Below, piece after piece: positions 1 to 14,167 of a stretch of DNA of 64,000 nucleotides (position 1 is its first letter; every line of letters starts with the position of its first letter). Below the pieces are notes generated by a model. The model did not search any database and had not been told where the DNA came from. It saw only the letters and a program-made list of their open reading frames with translations. The DNA lies in NCBI RefSeq assembly GCF_036321535.1, contig NC_087437.1, positions 18,602,001-18,666,000 of the forward strand. Reading direction: 5' to 3'. The translations under genes and the position numbers were made by a program. Origin of the DNA: Camelus dromedarius (Eukaryota).

Positions 1-59
1 TGTTGACTTATTAGGAATAATTCTTAAATGTGGGGCCAAAAATGACAAAGGATCATCAC

Positions 60-228
60 CTAGTTCTAAGAGTTCCTGGAGGTTTCTCACAGCATTGTTC
101 ATTTCTCCAAGCCTAGTATAAACTTCATTCATTCGGGGATAGACTCCAGTTAAAGAAGGCACATCAAATAATTTTTGGAAGTGAGAAACAATAGCTTGCA
201 AAATTTGAACATTTGGCATATTACTGTC
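60..228 (-). CDS. CEP70: CEP70 exon 15: [56 protein letters not shown]
   Basis: GGCAG| acceptor, G|GTGATG donor, 169 nt; the remaining exons lie beyond the window start. Confidence 0.95.
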
Positions 229-410
229 CTGCCCAGAAGAGAGGAAGGAAAAGAAACATAGTTCACATCTTAATTCCAAATCTTTAATAAAAACTTTAAA
301 AAGAGAACTAGAGTTCTAGTAGAACAAATATCTTATCCACATCATTATCAGTTGCTAAGACTAGATTACATTAAAATGTGAACATTTATGTAAGTATTAG
401 GTAGTATTAC

Positions 411-557
411 CTTTTCCTTATTTTCAACTTCTTCTAACATGGTATCTACTATAAACAACAGATCTTCAACTTTGATACCTTCATTTTCATCCTGCTTCTT
501 TAAATTATGCCAAGGCACCAGTTCGGCAGAGAGTAGTTTCAAGGACTTATACAAATC
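411..557 (-). CDS. CEP70: CEP70 exon 14: [49 protein letters not shown]
   Basis: Inside ORF 366..563; TTGTGAAG| acceptor, AAG|GTAATA donor, 147 nt. Confidence 0.95.
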
Positions 558-694
558 CTTCACAACAAAAGAAATGACATGCTCTTATTGATTAAAAAAT
601 AGTAGCTTCTATATAATGCTAATAAAATATAATTATCCAGGCAGATTTAATATATATATTAACCATCATCAGTTCTTAAAAAATACCATTACCA

Positions 695-822
695 GTTTTG
701 TTTGTTTGTTTGTTGGGGGGGAAGTAATTAGGTTTATTTACTTATTTATTTTAATGGAGGTGCTGGGGATTGAACCCAGGATCCTATGTATGCTAAGCAT
801 GCACTCTACCCATCCTGCCCTC
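695..822 (-). mobile_element. tRNA-derived SINE (Vic-1-like)
   Basis: Reverse complement of B-box GGTTCAATCCCCAG plus the AAACCTAATTAC tail; 5' end degraded. Confidence 0.8.
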
Positions 823-1034
823 TCATTACCAGCTTAGAAAAAGTCTGCTAAATTAGTTTTCTCCAGGAAAATACAGGCCTTACAAAAAACGATATACATA
901 CATTGATTACCTCAAGTGTGGATGTTTAAAGTGATTATATGTTATTTATTAGTAGTATTTGTTATTTATGTAATTATTTTGAAATACTGATGAATAAAAA
1001 ATAAGCTTGTCCTTTATATTTTATCCTTGATTTT

Positions 1035-1390
1035 TAAAATAACAGATTTATTAAGATATAATTCACGTACCATAAAATTCATCCTCTTTTAAATGTACAA
1101 TTTAGTAGTTCTGATTTATTTACAGAGATGTACAATTATCACCATTATCTAATTCCAGGACATTTTCATTACCCCAGAAAGAAACCCTGTACCCACTTGC
1201 AGTCATTCCCCATTCTCTCCTGCTCCCAGCCTCTGGGTAACTACGAATCTACTTTCTGTTTCTATGGATTTGCCTATTCTGGGCATCTCACCAAAAAAAT
1301 GTAATCATACAATAAGCAGCCTTTTGTGACTACCATCTTTCACTTAGAATACTGTTTTCAAGATTCCTCCATGTTATTTATAGTATGTAT
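1035..1390 (-). mobile_element. Old L1 (L1M-type) 3' UTR fragment
   Basis: Typical antisense L1M 3' text (...cattttcattaccccagaaagaaaccctgtaccc...atggatttgcctattctgg). Confidence 0.7.
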
Positions 1391-1611
1391 CTATACATAC
1401 TATAGTTTGTTTGAAAGGATGCCTAAGTTAATTCTACTTAATCTTCATGACTGCCTCCTTAGTTTTCTTGGCCTAGACATGTTGTCCTAATCTATTTAAA
1501 ACTGTGCACATAGGGCAAGGCTCCTGGAAGTTTAGATCTCTAAGACTAGTCAATTAATAAAAAAATATTTACTGAGCATTTACTATGTGCATGGCATAGT
1601 GTTTGGCCCTT

Positions 1612-2020
1612 TAGAACAATGCTGTCCAAAAGAAATGTAATGTGTGTCACAGTAGTACTGTCTACTAGCCACATTTAAACAGTGAAAAGAAACAAGAATA
1701 TGAAAACAAATATACGTATGTCTATGCATGATTGGAACATTGTGCTGTACACCAGAAGTCGACACACTGTAATTAACTGTACTTAAATTTAAAAAAAAAA
1801 AGAAAGAAAAAGAAACAAGTGACATTAATTTTAATATTTAACCCAATATATCCAAAATATTTTAATTTAATACATAATATATTAATTTTTTTCTACACTA
1901 AGTCTTCTAAATCCAGTGTGTAATTTTATACTTGTAGCACATCTCAATTGAGACTAGTGCTATTTCAAGTGATCAAAAGCTATGTGGTAGCAGTTACTGT
2001 ATTAGACAGTACAACTCTAC
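1612..2020. mobile_element. hAT-Charlie MITE (MER3/MER33-like) interrupted by a short L1 3' end (1697-1807)
   Basis: Imperfect terminal inverted repeats (TAGAACAATGCTGTCCAA / TTAGACAGTACAACTCTA); the insert has poly(A) and a 12-bp TSD AAAAGAAACAAG (1685-1696, 1808-1819). Confidence 0.7.
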
Positions 2021-4519
2021 AATACAGAAAGAAGTACAAGGAATTTTTACTTTTATCAACTTATTTTAGTTCTCCACTTATTTAACACTCTCCAAATAAT
2101 AATGCCCAGACCTCACATATTGATATCTTTAACCTTTCATTTGGTGAGAAGGCAATTATCTACTTTAGCACTTCAAGGCAATACATTTCAGAGTCAAATA
2201 AATGTTAAATAATAACTGCCACCAGAATTTGAAAAAAAAGTCAGGAAGCCAGAGCATAATGATGCCTTCATTAACCAATACTCCATCAATAAGGTGCAAT
2301 TATAAAGAAATGGTCTATGGTAAAAGCACATTAAATATAAATTTTTGCTTGAGAATAAAAGTATTAAAAGTTAAGGAAAAAAAAAAAAAAAGATGTTCCA
2401 GTCTACTTAGCAGTGACAGGAAGCTGGTAGTTTCACAATCCATCAAGCAAGTCCTGAAAAATCTGGAAGAGGGCCTCCTAGGTTTTCCACATTGCTCAGT
2501 TGTGGGGATGTGGAAGTACAACCAAGATCCTGTCTGACTTTGTGTGGCTGGGGAATGGGAATGGGAAAGCCACAGCGCACAACAGTGTACCAGGCTGGAA
2601 CAGCTACAGTACCTGTAGCTTACTTTTCCCAGGAAGGTTGGTGGCAAAGACGGAAGGAGGCAGATACCTAGCTCCATGCTTTCCCTATCCTCTTTTAAGC
2701 CAAATCTAACCTGAGTAAAAGATTAATCTGGGAAGATGGTTGTCCCAAAGTTAGAGGCTACCACAGTATAGAAAATCTTTCATATGAGGCAACCTCAGAG
2801 AATCTCATGTAGTTTCTCAATATGGATCCTGATTCTGCAGTACAAGGTAAAAAAACACCTAAACCACTGACTAAAATCCATGCGGTTACTTTAGTGGTAG
2901 AGCCACTAAATTTCTCCTGGGAAGTGGTCCTCAGAATATTCTAATTAAAAGCTAATTCTCCTTGTCTCCTAGTGGGAAAACTATACAACAGTAAGAAGGC
3001 ATCACTACTGTAAAGCTTTTTGGGGGGCTCTTCTTCCTCCAGAAACTACAAGTTATCCATATCATTCACCTGGCACTTCATTGTGTACTGTTTTCATGGC
3101 ATTCATTTCTTCTAATGATATCTTGAATGGTTAAGTTTTATTTCATATTTTTTAGTAGGTTTTCTCTCTCCATTTAGTCTGAATCTTGTGTTCACCTTTT
3201 CTAATACCTCTAACAGTGCCTTGAACATAATAAATAATCAATAACAATCTACTTATTTGACTCCTCCCTTTGCCCTTCTCTCCTAGTCTTTTCCCTTCTC
3301 TTGATAAGGCTGGGGCATTTTCTAGCCCATCTGCCCTGAGAAGGAGAAAACTGGAGTTAGCACTGTTCCCTCCTACTGGGAGAACCCCCTGATGAGCAAT
3401 CATTGGGAAAAACACCATAATTTACATAATCAACCACTAATTTTTTCATCCTCTTCTGAGACAAACTGGAGGAACTCGGGCCTATAAAATAGGTATATTG
3501 ATCCAATGATGTCCCTTAATTAAAGTATTTTCTGTATTACAGCTCTATCTGAGCCCTATATAAAAAGGGAAGGAGAAATTAGGCTGAATGTGCGGTTCAT
3601 CATTTACAGGTATGTTTTCATTAAAAATTTTTAAAAATTCAGTATTATTTCCATTTTATTGTCTTGGAATGTGTTATTCTGTTTCCCTCATTTCAGAAAT
3701 ACTGAGCACTTATTATGTAGCAGGAGGATCCTGGGACATATAAGAGAAAAAGACAAAATTCATGGAGCTTACACACTCTGACATAATCTTCTGCATCACT
3801 TGTACTTCATGTAATAGGGCTTCTGTTGACAAATACTATTACTTAATCACATCCTCATGAACAGAGGTAGTGCTATATATATTTATATATGTTATTGAGA
3901 AATCTAAAGTTTCAAAGGAAACAGAAACTAAATACTACTACTTGATCAATTCTCCTATCAGTGAACCACTCAACGAAAACTAAAAAAAAACAAAACCAAA
4001 GTTATATAATCAAGAATACAAGATGACTCTATAAAGTGAAGAGATTTTAACCTTCCATGGATAGGGTAGGCAGGACTAGTATTTGCTCTAGAGAAAAGAC
4101 AGACATGGAGATAAGCTCAGTTCTGAGAGAAGAGAAATAAAATACGAAGAGAGAAAAAAATCCCCAATTAAAATGGAATAAAGGATAAGACACTACATCC
4201 AAAGAGGAACAAGAGCCAGGAAAATCTGTAGCATGAGGACACCAAAGAGGGAGATGAAAGTGGAACAGGGAAGAGCCTGGAAGAGTAACGTGACTCCTCT
4301 ATAGATTTGCAGCTTGGCAACAGGACTAAAAAATGTCTTGCTTGGTAGAACTTTACAGAGGCAAAAATATGTAAGTAGCAAGATTCATGTTTTACATAAG
4401 CTAATCCTTTTATAAGCCTTCATAGTTAAAACAAATAAAAAATTAAGCCTAGTCCTAGTAATAAGGCCCACAGACACCAATAGATTTTCAAAGCATGTAA
4501 AGTATATTCAGCCCCTTAC

Positions 4520-4690
4520 CTTTAAGGAAATCAGTTGATCTGCCCACATTTCTATTATAGGAACAAGATGCTCAAATCCACAATCTTGAACAAGATCTTT
4601 ATTAAAATGTTGGGCTCCTCCTTTGCTCTGTTTATAAATTATTACTGGAGCTCTTGGATTATGAATAATTGAATTGATGCTACTCAATAC
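4520..4690 (-). CDS. CEP70: CEP70 exon 13: [57 protein letters not shown]
   Basis: CTCTTTTAAAG| acceptor, AAG|GTAAGG donor, 171 nt. Confidence 0.95.
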
Positions 4691-4879
4691 CTTTAAAAGA
4701 GACAGTATTTTTAGTTGAAATGTTTATCACAGTCCTATCAAATATATGTATATGTATGTATATATGTGTATGTGTGTGTATGTGTGTATATTTGGGGGGG
4801 GGGCATTGGCCCACAGAAAAGGAAGTAATGGTGTGCCATCTTGGAGCCCAAGACTCAAGGGCTCCTGATCATTTCTGGT

Positions 4880-5150
4880 GTCTCCCGTTGAGCTCTGCTC
4901 CCATGGGGACAAGCCCAGATGAAATGGTGGATGATGAAAGACGCATGGCCCAGTCACCCCAATCACCCTGGTATCCACCCAACTCTAGCCACTTAGCTGA
5001 CTTGTATCTGATAGCAGATGCATGAGGGAGCCCAGCCACAAGGAACAGAACTGCCCAGCTGTCTGAACACAGTATTAAAGGGTTGTTATTTTATTTTGTC
5101 ACTAAATTGTAGGAGGATTTGTTACATAGCAAAAATGAACTGATACCTAT
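4880..5150 (+). mobile_element. MaLR (MLT1-like) LTR fragment
   Basis: Ends ...ttgttacatagcaaaaatgaactgatac, typical of an MLT1 3' end. Confidence 0.55.
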
Positions 5151-5283
5151 ATAAAGATGGACTAGAGCAAGGAGAGGAGGCAGCAACAAGAGAGGCCTGC
5201 CATTTTACACTGTGGTAGGGTAAGATACACCCTGTGGCCAAGTGGACACTTTGGAAGACAGTCAAGCTTTGCTTTCAAGATTA

Positions 5284-5284
<1 letters not shown>

Positions 5285-5346
<62 letters not shown>

Positions 5347-5347
5347 C
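5285..5347 (+). repeat. Perfect (AAC)21 microsatellite
   Basis: Read directly from the sequence. Confidence 0.97.
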
Positions 5348-5476
5348 TACCTAGAGCTAGAGAAACCAGGAGAGTGTCATTTGAACAAGAGGAAGAGAGA
5401 GATACATGAGGTCAGCTGGAAAATGGACTGCCCACAAAATGGTACATTGCCAAGGTCCCTAGCTGGTAGGGGCTAC

Positions 5477-5512
<36 letters not shown>

Positions 5513-5914
5513 GTGTGTTCCATGAAAGAGAAAAACAGGCAGTATTTGGTCATTAGGCACACAAAGGGCATCAGTGCTAGACTATACCAACATCAGTCAA
5601 GAAAGATTCTACCCTTTTGCTTTCTATTCTCACCCAACATCCACTCTCACTGCCACCCTGGAAGCAGCTAGATACAGCAGAGAACTAGGAGAGAAGGGGA
5701 GCAATGAGAATAAAGAAACAGATCACAGTTCCTTGCCACACTGCTTATTAAAAGAAGTGTATGTCAGACATGAGATAAACTAAGCATAAGGTAGAAGCTT
5801 TGAACTGGATGAGAAATTGAAGATCTGACTGAGATCTGAATGACCTTTTCTCCCAATTTTTCATCAAGAAAATTTTGAAACATACAGAAAATAAAATATA
5901 AATAGTAAATACTA

Positions 5915-7120
5915 TAGTAGTCAGGGTTCTCCAGAGAAACAGAACCATTAGGATGTTTTATGTGTGTGTGTGTGTGTATTTATTTATTATAAGGAACTGG
6001 CTCACACAATTATGGGGGCTGACAAGCCTCAAGATCTGCAGCCAGCAACACTGAAGACCCAGGAGAGCCAGGGGCATAGTTCCAATTCAAATGCCCTTAG
6101 GCTTGAGACCCAGGAGGAGCCAATGTTTCATTACAACATTTGAAGGCAGGAAAAAAAATTGATGTCCTAGCTCAAAGTTAGTCAGGCAGGCAAAAAGTTC
6201 CCTCTTCCTCAGCCTTTTTGTCCTGCTCAGGTCTTGTCCTACTGATTGGATGAAATCCACTCACATTAGGGTGGACAACTTGTTTTACCCAGTCTACCAT
6301 TTAAAATGTTAACCTCATCTAGAAATATCCTCACAGACACACCCAGAACAATGTCTGATCAAATATCTGGGCACCCTCTGATCAAGCCAAGTTGACACAT
6401 AAAATTAACCATCACAAGTCCACCCCTTGTCAACCTGGCACCCATACACTTTGCCTTAAACCATAATTAACCTCCAAATAAAGACAATACCAAGATCATA
6501 GATCACCTAACATGATACAAGTATGCAGTGTACAACCGAAAATGCACTAACCCCTTCGCCAGAAGAAGAGGTAAAGTCCTAAAGTGATGGCTACTCTTCT
6601 CCTTGATGCTCTGTAATTTAAATATTAAGATATAAAATTAACAATAACATAAAGTCAATACACCTTATGTTATATGGTAGGAGAATACTAGCAGGAAGAA
6701 AACAAACATATTTGTCATGTACATGTATGTATGTTTGTGCATATTTATAAACATATACACATACACACATGTGAACATATTTATAACAAAATAAGGAGGA
6801 AATACAAATGCAATTATAATCCTCATTTCTGTAACTCATTATGTGGTCAGACATATTTATCACTACTTTCTTCCATTACCTATTCTTGATTACCTTTGCC
6901 TTCAGCAAGCACCTCAGCTGGTTCTGGTTCTTTACTTGCTGGGATAAACCAAATCTTCACTCCTAAGGGTATGGACCATTAATAATTCTACCTGGACTAG
7001 GCTGTTGGAGTTTTCCATTTATCTTTATCACAAGGTGTGGCAATACTAAGAGTTGCCCTAAGGGATTCTCCTATATTCTAGACATTCTCTTCCTTTCCTT
7101 CCTTGCGGCGTATTAGTGCA
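5915..7120 (-). mobile_element. MLT2-type LTR (~5915-6415) plus adjoining ERVL internal fragment
   Basis: gtagtcagggttctccagagaaacagaacc...aaattaaccatcaca followed by agtccaccccttgtcaac, the MLT2/ERVL-int junction as recalled. Confidence 0.72.
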
Positions 7121-8259
7121 CACTTGAATACATTATACATTTAACAATTAACAATAGTTCCCTAATATCATCAATGCCTGGACTGAATTTTAAATATCCT
7201 AATATATATAATACGTGACTATAACCACCCCTGCCAAAAGCTCTGAGTTTTATTTACCTTACATATCACTGAAGGAGAAGAAAAGGAGACTCAAAACAGC
7301 CAGTTCAAAGGGAGAAGAGTTAAGCCATTTCCTTATTTACCACCAGCAAGCCCAGCCCATTTGACAAACGATACCATTTTGATACTGAATCTTTGTCCCT
7401 ACTTATACGTCAAGCTACAACTCATAGGTCTCCTAGTAATATGACTTTGGATGTTAGAGCATTTTTTTTTTAGTTCAAGAGCGTGTATTTTGACATTTCA
7501 CTTCTCTTATATATAAACATATCTTTTAATGGAAAAGTTAATTGATTCCCCTCCACTGAATTATTATTGACAGCAGAGTATATTCTTCTTTATGACTTAA
7601 CCACACTCTGATGACTGGCAGCAAAAGATGTATTAACAATTAATAAATGGTAAAATAACTTAATTCTCAAGAGACATTGGAATTAAAAAAAAAAGAAAAC
7701 TCACAATATAGGTCTTATTCAGTAAGAGTTTGCAGGTACTAACAAATTCTTGGTATGAGTTAAAAAAATATTTTTTAAGGGTAATCATTAAAAGAATAGA
7801 AAAGAATTAAAATGATGAATGTCCTAACTCCTTGAAGAGAAGAAAAGAACAAAGAAACCTCAACCTAGCAAATGTCAGGAAAAGAAAAAAATAGAACAAG
7901 AAACTGTATAAATAGAAAACAGGAAGTAAGGTATCAGGAATAAAAGTAGATATATGAGTTGGTCTCAATGTTCATGAATGGTTTAATTCCCTTATTAAAA
8001 GGACAAAGCTTCTCAAATTGAATCTAAGAAACAAAAGGAAATTCAGCTATATACTGAATACAAGAAGCTATCTAAAACAAAACAGTTTTCACAAAGGTGC
8101 CTGGACATAAAATCAACACAGATATATATGAAGAACCAGTAACAATCAATTAGAAAAGGAAATGGAAAAAAGAGCCCATTCACAATAGCAACAAAATATA
8201 TCAAATACCTAGGAAATAATCAGAACAAAAAATATACAAGAGCTAAATTTAAAAATATA

Positions 8260-8586
8260 AAAAAAGAACATAAATATAAAACAGAAACAGACTCACAGAC
8301 ATAGAATACAAACTTGTGGTTGCCAAGGGGACAGGGGGTGGGAAGGGACAGACTGGGATTTCAAAATTTGTAGATACTGACAGGCATATGCAGAATAGAT
8401 AAACAAGATTATACTGTGTAGCATAGGGAAATAATATAAGATCTTGTGGTAGCTCACAGCGAAAAAAAAAAGTGACAATGAATATATGTATGTTCATGTG
8501 TAACTGAAAAATTGTGCTCTACACTGGAATTTGACACAACATTGTAAAATAACTATAACTCAATAAAAAAAATGTTAAAAAAAAAA
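8260..8586 (+). mobile_element. Young 5'-truncated L1 3' end inserted into an older L1 fragment (~7760-9100)
   Basis: AATAAA plus poly(A); close match to the reverse complement of 47700-48000; flanked by a 108-bp direct repeat. Confidence 0.85.
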
Positions 8587-9354
8587 AGAAAAGGTAATGG
8601 AAAAAAGACCCCATTCACAATAGCAATAAAATATATAAAATACCTAGGAAATAATCAGAACAAAAAATATACAAGAGCTAAATTTAAAAATATATAAAAT
8701 TTTATTGAAGGCTATAAAGGAAGACCCAAATAAAATTAGAGACCTATTTCTGAGTGAGATGATTCAAAGCTATAAATGTGTTATTTTTCCAAATATTAAT
8801 CTAAAAAGTTAATTCAATTTCAGTTCATCTCAATGGGATCTATTTTTGAAGCTGACATATTGTTCACACAGAAGAATAAATGTGCTAAAGACATAGCCAA
8901 GGAAAAATTTTAAAAGAACAATAACAAGATACTTTTCCTAAAAGGTATCAAAACCTATTATGAAACTACAGAAATTTTAAAAGTATGAAAATAATATAGA
9001 AATAGAAGAAACTAGAGTCTAGAAACAAACCTATGTATATAAGGGAATGTGTTATATTATAAAGGTTTCATTTCAATAAAGTAGAGAAAGAATGGTCTTT
9101 TAGAAACTGCAAGCTCAAATGCCTGTAGAAGCCAGATAAGAGCATAAATGAGCGAAGCAAAGATGGGTTGGAACTGTGGCTAACTGAAGAGCAGATGCCC
9201 ATATATGACAAGGGAAAGGCCTCATTCTGCTTTGATAATGACTATGCAGGAATTTGTTGCCAGATTCTCTGGGTTTTTAAGAGAAACCAGAAACAAGGAC
9301 TTAGGTAAAATATCTTAATTTTTAAAATATTAGTAATTTTTAAAAATTTTAACT

Positions 9355-9815
9355 TGTATAATGGAATATTACTCGGCCATAAAAAAGAATGAAATAATGC
9401 CATTTGCAGGAACATGGATGGACCTAGAGATGATCATACTAAGTGAAATAAGTCAGACAGAGAAAGACAGATACCATATGATGTTGCTTATATGTGGAAT
9501 CTAAAAAACAAAAAATACAAATTTTATTTATAAACTAGAAATAGCTCATGAACACAGAAAACAAACTGTGGTTACCAGAGGGGATGAGGAGGGAGGGATA
9601 GATTAGGAGTTTGAGATTAAGAGATACACATTACTATCTGTAAAACAAATCAACAACAAGGACCTACTGTACAGCACAGGGAACTATATTGTTTCTCGTA
9701 ATAGAAAAGAATCTGAAAAAAGAACACATGTATATATATATGTATAACTAAATCGCTTTTCTATACACCTATAACTAACATTATAAACTGACCACACTGC
9801 AATAAAAAATAAGAA
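9355..9815 (+). mobile_element. L1 3' end
   Basis: aatggaatattactcggccataaaaaagaatgaaataatgccatttgc... ending in AATAAA. Confidence 0.8.
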
Positions 9816-10346
9816 TTAAACAAAAACCTGTATGGGCCCAGTAAAATACGAGTACAGGCCAAGTTCAGTCAGTAAACTACCACGCTTAATTGCTCATTTA
9901 TTCAAGAACAAACAGTGTATAAATCAAGTAGGTTAGATCTCTACCTGATACCACACAGAAAATTGGATTTCAGGTAGACTAAATATTTAAAGAAAAAACA
10001 AAAGCATACAAGGGCCCTGAGGAATAGATTACTTATATAATAGTATCAACAACAGCAAAAACAAAAACAATAAAAAGGGAAATGGCTTAAGCAGGGAGAA
10101 CAAGGAAAAAAGGATTATAAAATCTTATCAGATTTTTACTACCCTACTTCGAATTAGGCCAAGGTCTCTTTTCAGGGGTAAGACAAATTCTAAGTCAAGC
10201 CAACTAGGTATGTCATGGCAAGAAAGACAGGCTAAGCACACACATATACAGATACAAAATAATCCTTACCAACTGATAATTTATTACACTGTGATGGAAA
10301 CCAAGATTCACTATAAACACCAGTCTTTCTGTCCACTGTTCAATAC

Positions 10347-10452
10347 CTGAAAGTATCTCTGGTCAGTTAGGGCCTGCTGCTGGTTATCTTCGCTGGGTTC
10401 ATCTTTTTCCTTTTTGTCATCAGCCTTTTTTTGACTGATAAGATCTTGTAAT
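10347..10452 (-). CDS. CEP70: CEP70 exon 12: [35 protein letters not shown]
   Basis: TTTTCCCCTTTAG| acceptor, CAG|GTATTG donor, 106 nt. Confidence 0.94.
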
Positions 10453-12329
10453 CTAAAGGGGAAAAAAATAACAAGATAATACAAAATGCTTTACTAGACA
10501 TTGGATTAAGATGACAAAATGAGCTAATGATCCAGTTACCCTCCCAACAGCTTTATGTCATTTTACATATACCTGTGTGTGTGCATGCACACACATGCAT
10601 ACATTCATATATAAATTTTTTTTAATTTTAAACTATATTGTCACTGGAAAACAAATTCCTCTCAACACATCGCAAACTGGAAGGAATCTCTGAAAACAAA
10701 AGGAAACAGACTGAGGAATAAAGTTCTAATCACTCCCCCGCAACACTTCTCAAAAACAGAATAGAAAAGAACTACAGCAAAGGATGGAAGCAACGTCCAA
10801 GGTGCTCCAAGCTTGGGGGCTATAGTTAAGGGGAGCAAGAAACTACGGGCAGGGCAATTGGTCCTTCCTTCTTCATACTCTACTTGTGCCAAAGAGCAGG
10901 TAACAGTGATACCTGGGCCAGTCAAGAGGACACGGAAACCCGAAAGACTATTGTTCCAGGTGGCATCAGAACTCTAGGGGAGAGTCTCTTTGCCCAGAAA
11001 CCTAAAAACATATGAGTGTATCCACCTACTAGCAAACCCTTGACCTTCTCCAAATATCTCTAAAGTCAGGCTGTAGTAAACACTCCTCCCCACCTACCCA
11101 CTAAGCCTTTGAAAAAAGTCTGTTATTAAATCCCTTTCAAATTAACCTTCTTAAATTTGAGTATGCCTGTTTGTTTCCTATGGACCTCTGACCCATAAAA
11201 CTGATTCCATGGCTCATTCGTAAGCTCAATTTCCCATTTCTAAAATAGAATAGCAATATTCCATCTACCTACTAAAAAACAATGGCTTTCCATTGCTTCA
11301 TGAACTAAATCTTACCTCCTTGGCTCAGCATTTGGACTTCTCTATGCTGTTAGTCCTAACCCAATATTCCTCCTGACTCTTTTCTTACCTCATCTCTTAC
11401 TACTGTACTACAATTATCTCCTCCACTCACATGTATTCCCCTTGACTGCTTTTCTCTGCTCTCTGGTGACAGCAAAACAATATGCCAAAAACAAAATAAA
11501 TAGAACTGGCTCCAGGTAAAAACCTTCTTCCTTTAGTAGACACAAAGATCTCACAATCTATTTTCTACTTGACATCCTACCTGTTTACCATATTCACATA
11601 CTTGACAGTTGTGCCTAAAGGCAGTGCTAAGAGGATATTGTCTAGAACACAGAGTGACATAGAAAAGCCAATATACTCTCTAGTGGGACTACAAGTAAAT
11701 GGATATATCCGAATTTAAATGTTATTTAACCTTTTAATCTGGTGAAAATGTTAAACTTTTCAATGAACTGTTTATAAATCCGATTAGTAAATATTATACT
11801 ATGGACATATAACATTTTAACTGCCAGTACAGTAAGCTAAATATATAATTGCATGTACTAACTACAGTCACTGGGAAATAAAATGTGATCCAATTTCTAG
11901 ATAAATAAAGAGATATCTTAATTCAATAACGACGATAACTAACATTGGGAACATGGTGATAATGGTAATTAGTATTTCTTGAGTATTTCTAAGTAGAAAC
12001 TCTTCTAACTAAGCACTTCTCACGCAGTAATTTATTTAACCCCATTGTTTTTCTAAATTTACAGAAGACAAGGATTAAAGCCAGAGAGTCATGGGAAATT
12101 GACCTTTGGTTCACCTAATCTCACAGTAAATATCTGCCATAGCATTATACTCCTGAAAACCGTTATATTTTGTAAAACCACATGTGAAAATAACAGGGCT
12201 CAAGAGAAAAGCAGTGTTAGAAACCAGACTATTTAAAACCGGTGCAGGTCTGTAACTAGACAACTAACAAAAACAATAATTGGTGCCTTAGGAGGCAAGT
12301 TAGACAGCTCAAGTATGTTCAGAGGTCGC

Positions 12330-13350
12330 ACAGACAACAAAGCAGAAATGTTAGCTTGAGGATGCTGAGACTATGAAGATGCAAGTGGAGCTCCTGGCCA
12401 GAGAAGCTGAGGTTAAAACAGGTGAGGGAGGAAGTGCAACTTGGCTTCAGCCTAGAGTCTAATGCTGAGGGTCAGGGAGGGAGCCTGGGGTGCAGTTTCT
12501 CATTTTAAAACAGAGATGAAAGGGCAGTTGCCTTTGAATAAGCAAAGATTTCCCCCATCCTGAAGTCTAATCTATAATGCCATTCTAAGTCCTTGTACCT
12601 AGGAAAAAATCACATGTAAACAATGCAACTTCTATGTTAATCATTCCCTTATTTTCCAATTGTATATGATTTAATTGGTGATTTAGAAACCTATGTTTGA
12701 GCAGAATAACTGTACTCAGAAATACATGAGGGTTGTTTTGTAGTCTCCAGGGTAGTGAGGAGAGCTCTAAGGCCATAAATAAATCCCCAAAGATGGCTAA
12801 GAAATTCTTTACAAACTTAAGCAAATACTCATTCCATGTAGCCAGAAGCAACAGCTGTTTCTTTGTGGAGTCTGGGAAGTCCAGAAAACTGCACTTTCAA
12901 CTTAAAACACTGTGTTGTCTCCCCTTTCCTACAGTCATCTCCGTAAGTTTCTATGTGCAGACACTTTAGAGCTTTTAACTGTTTTGAAGCCTTTCCATGA
13001 TCCTGTGATGATTCCAGTTCTGGAGATCTCTTTGTGGGCTGTGGGAAGCTTTAACTGAAACACTTTTTTTCCACACTGACTCAGTATTTTCCACTTCTAG
13101 CCCTTCTCCTAGGCCAATGAAATAGCAGGAGTCTTTTGTTCAGGGCTCCAAGGCACGAGATGTTTCCTTCCATCTGTGCAGCATGTCACTGACTGACCCT
13201 TGCCTGGTGTCATTCCATTAGGAAAATGGAACACTGAGGAGCCAGCCCTTTCCTTTCTGGCCTCTTGTTTATATGACTGAAGTAAGTGAATAAAGCCTTG
13301 ATTGTTCATTTCAGTTTGGCTCATTGTCCTAAATGACCACCTCAACTCCT
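12330..13350 (+). mobile_element. Ancient LTR remnant (possibly Gypsy-like LTR81 family)
   Basis: 3' end aataaagccttgattgttcatttcagtttggctcattgtcc resembles the recalled LTR81 end; left boundary uncertain. Confidence 0.4.
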
Positions 13351-13641
13351 GTCAGTTAAAAACCAGGGTGATGGGATTCTGATTTTATTTTCTTCTGGCA
13401 AAATATAAATACCATACCACTGAAAAATTAAATGGAATTAGTTTAGTACCCTTAGTTATCTTGCAATAGCAAACCTATCTGATCACTTCCTAGCAACAAA
13501 ATTTCATAACTAACCTGTTTGTCACATTAACTCAAACAAGAAGAGTCCAAATTTTTCCATGTTAAATTAATAGCCTCATTTGATATTGAAGGTTGGTTAG
13601 GTGAAAGGTAACTACAAATCTAAAGAAAAAAATGTAATTTT

Positions 13642-14167
13642 CTGTGGTTGTAAAGGGAAAGAGACTTTCCCTTCCTTTTCTTGTAGCATTTCCTTTGGAA
13701 AACTTACAGTTGTAAATCGTTTCTATGTCTAAGAATATGTAAATCTTGTTATGATTTACATAAGCCTCCTGCTAATTTTATATGCTAGGAATGTCTTCTT
13801 GGGAACCTAGGAACCACTTCTTTGAAATGTGGACATTAGGGAAGACGATGCCTTGTCTCCTTTCCCCTGTTGGAGCTTAGCCTAGGCTCCTGGTTCTAAG
13901 ATACTTACTGCTTGTCATAAATATATGAGTTTTTTTCCCCTTTGGATAAAGACAGTTCACATGTATGTAAGGGACTATATTTGCCTGGCTATATTCTTTC
14001 TGCCTTTGCAACCCCTTTAGACTGCCTCTAATGCACATCATAGTCCGGATGGTTATTTATTCCAACTGTTATATAAAACTGTTTATAAAACTTCATTTTT
14101 TTCTACATATGTGGAAAGGATTCGTTGGATTGAGAGAAGATTTTTATTTTTAATTATTTCACTAACA
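13642..14167 (+). mobile_element. ERV1-like solo LTR (MER89/MER34 group)
   Basis: TG...CA bounded; ends tttttaattatttcactaaca; family from memory. Confidence 0.5.

Noticed and set aside
12585..12969. ORFs suggesting a processed pseudogene
   Set aside because: No recognisable parent protein, poly(A) or TSD; the region looks like an old LTR remnant.
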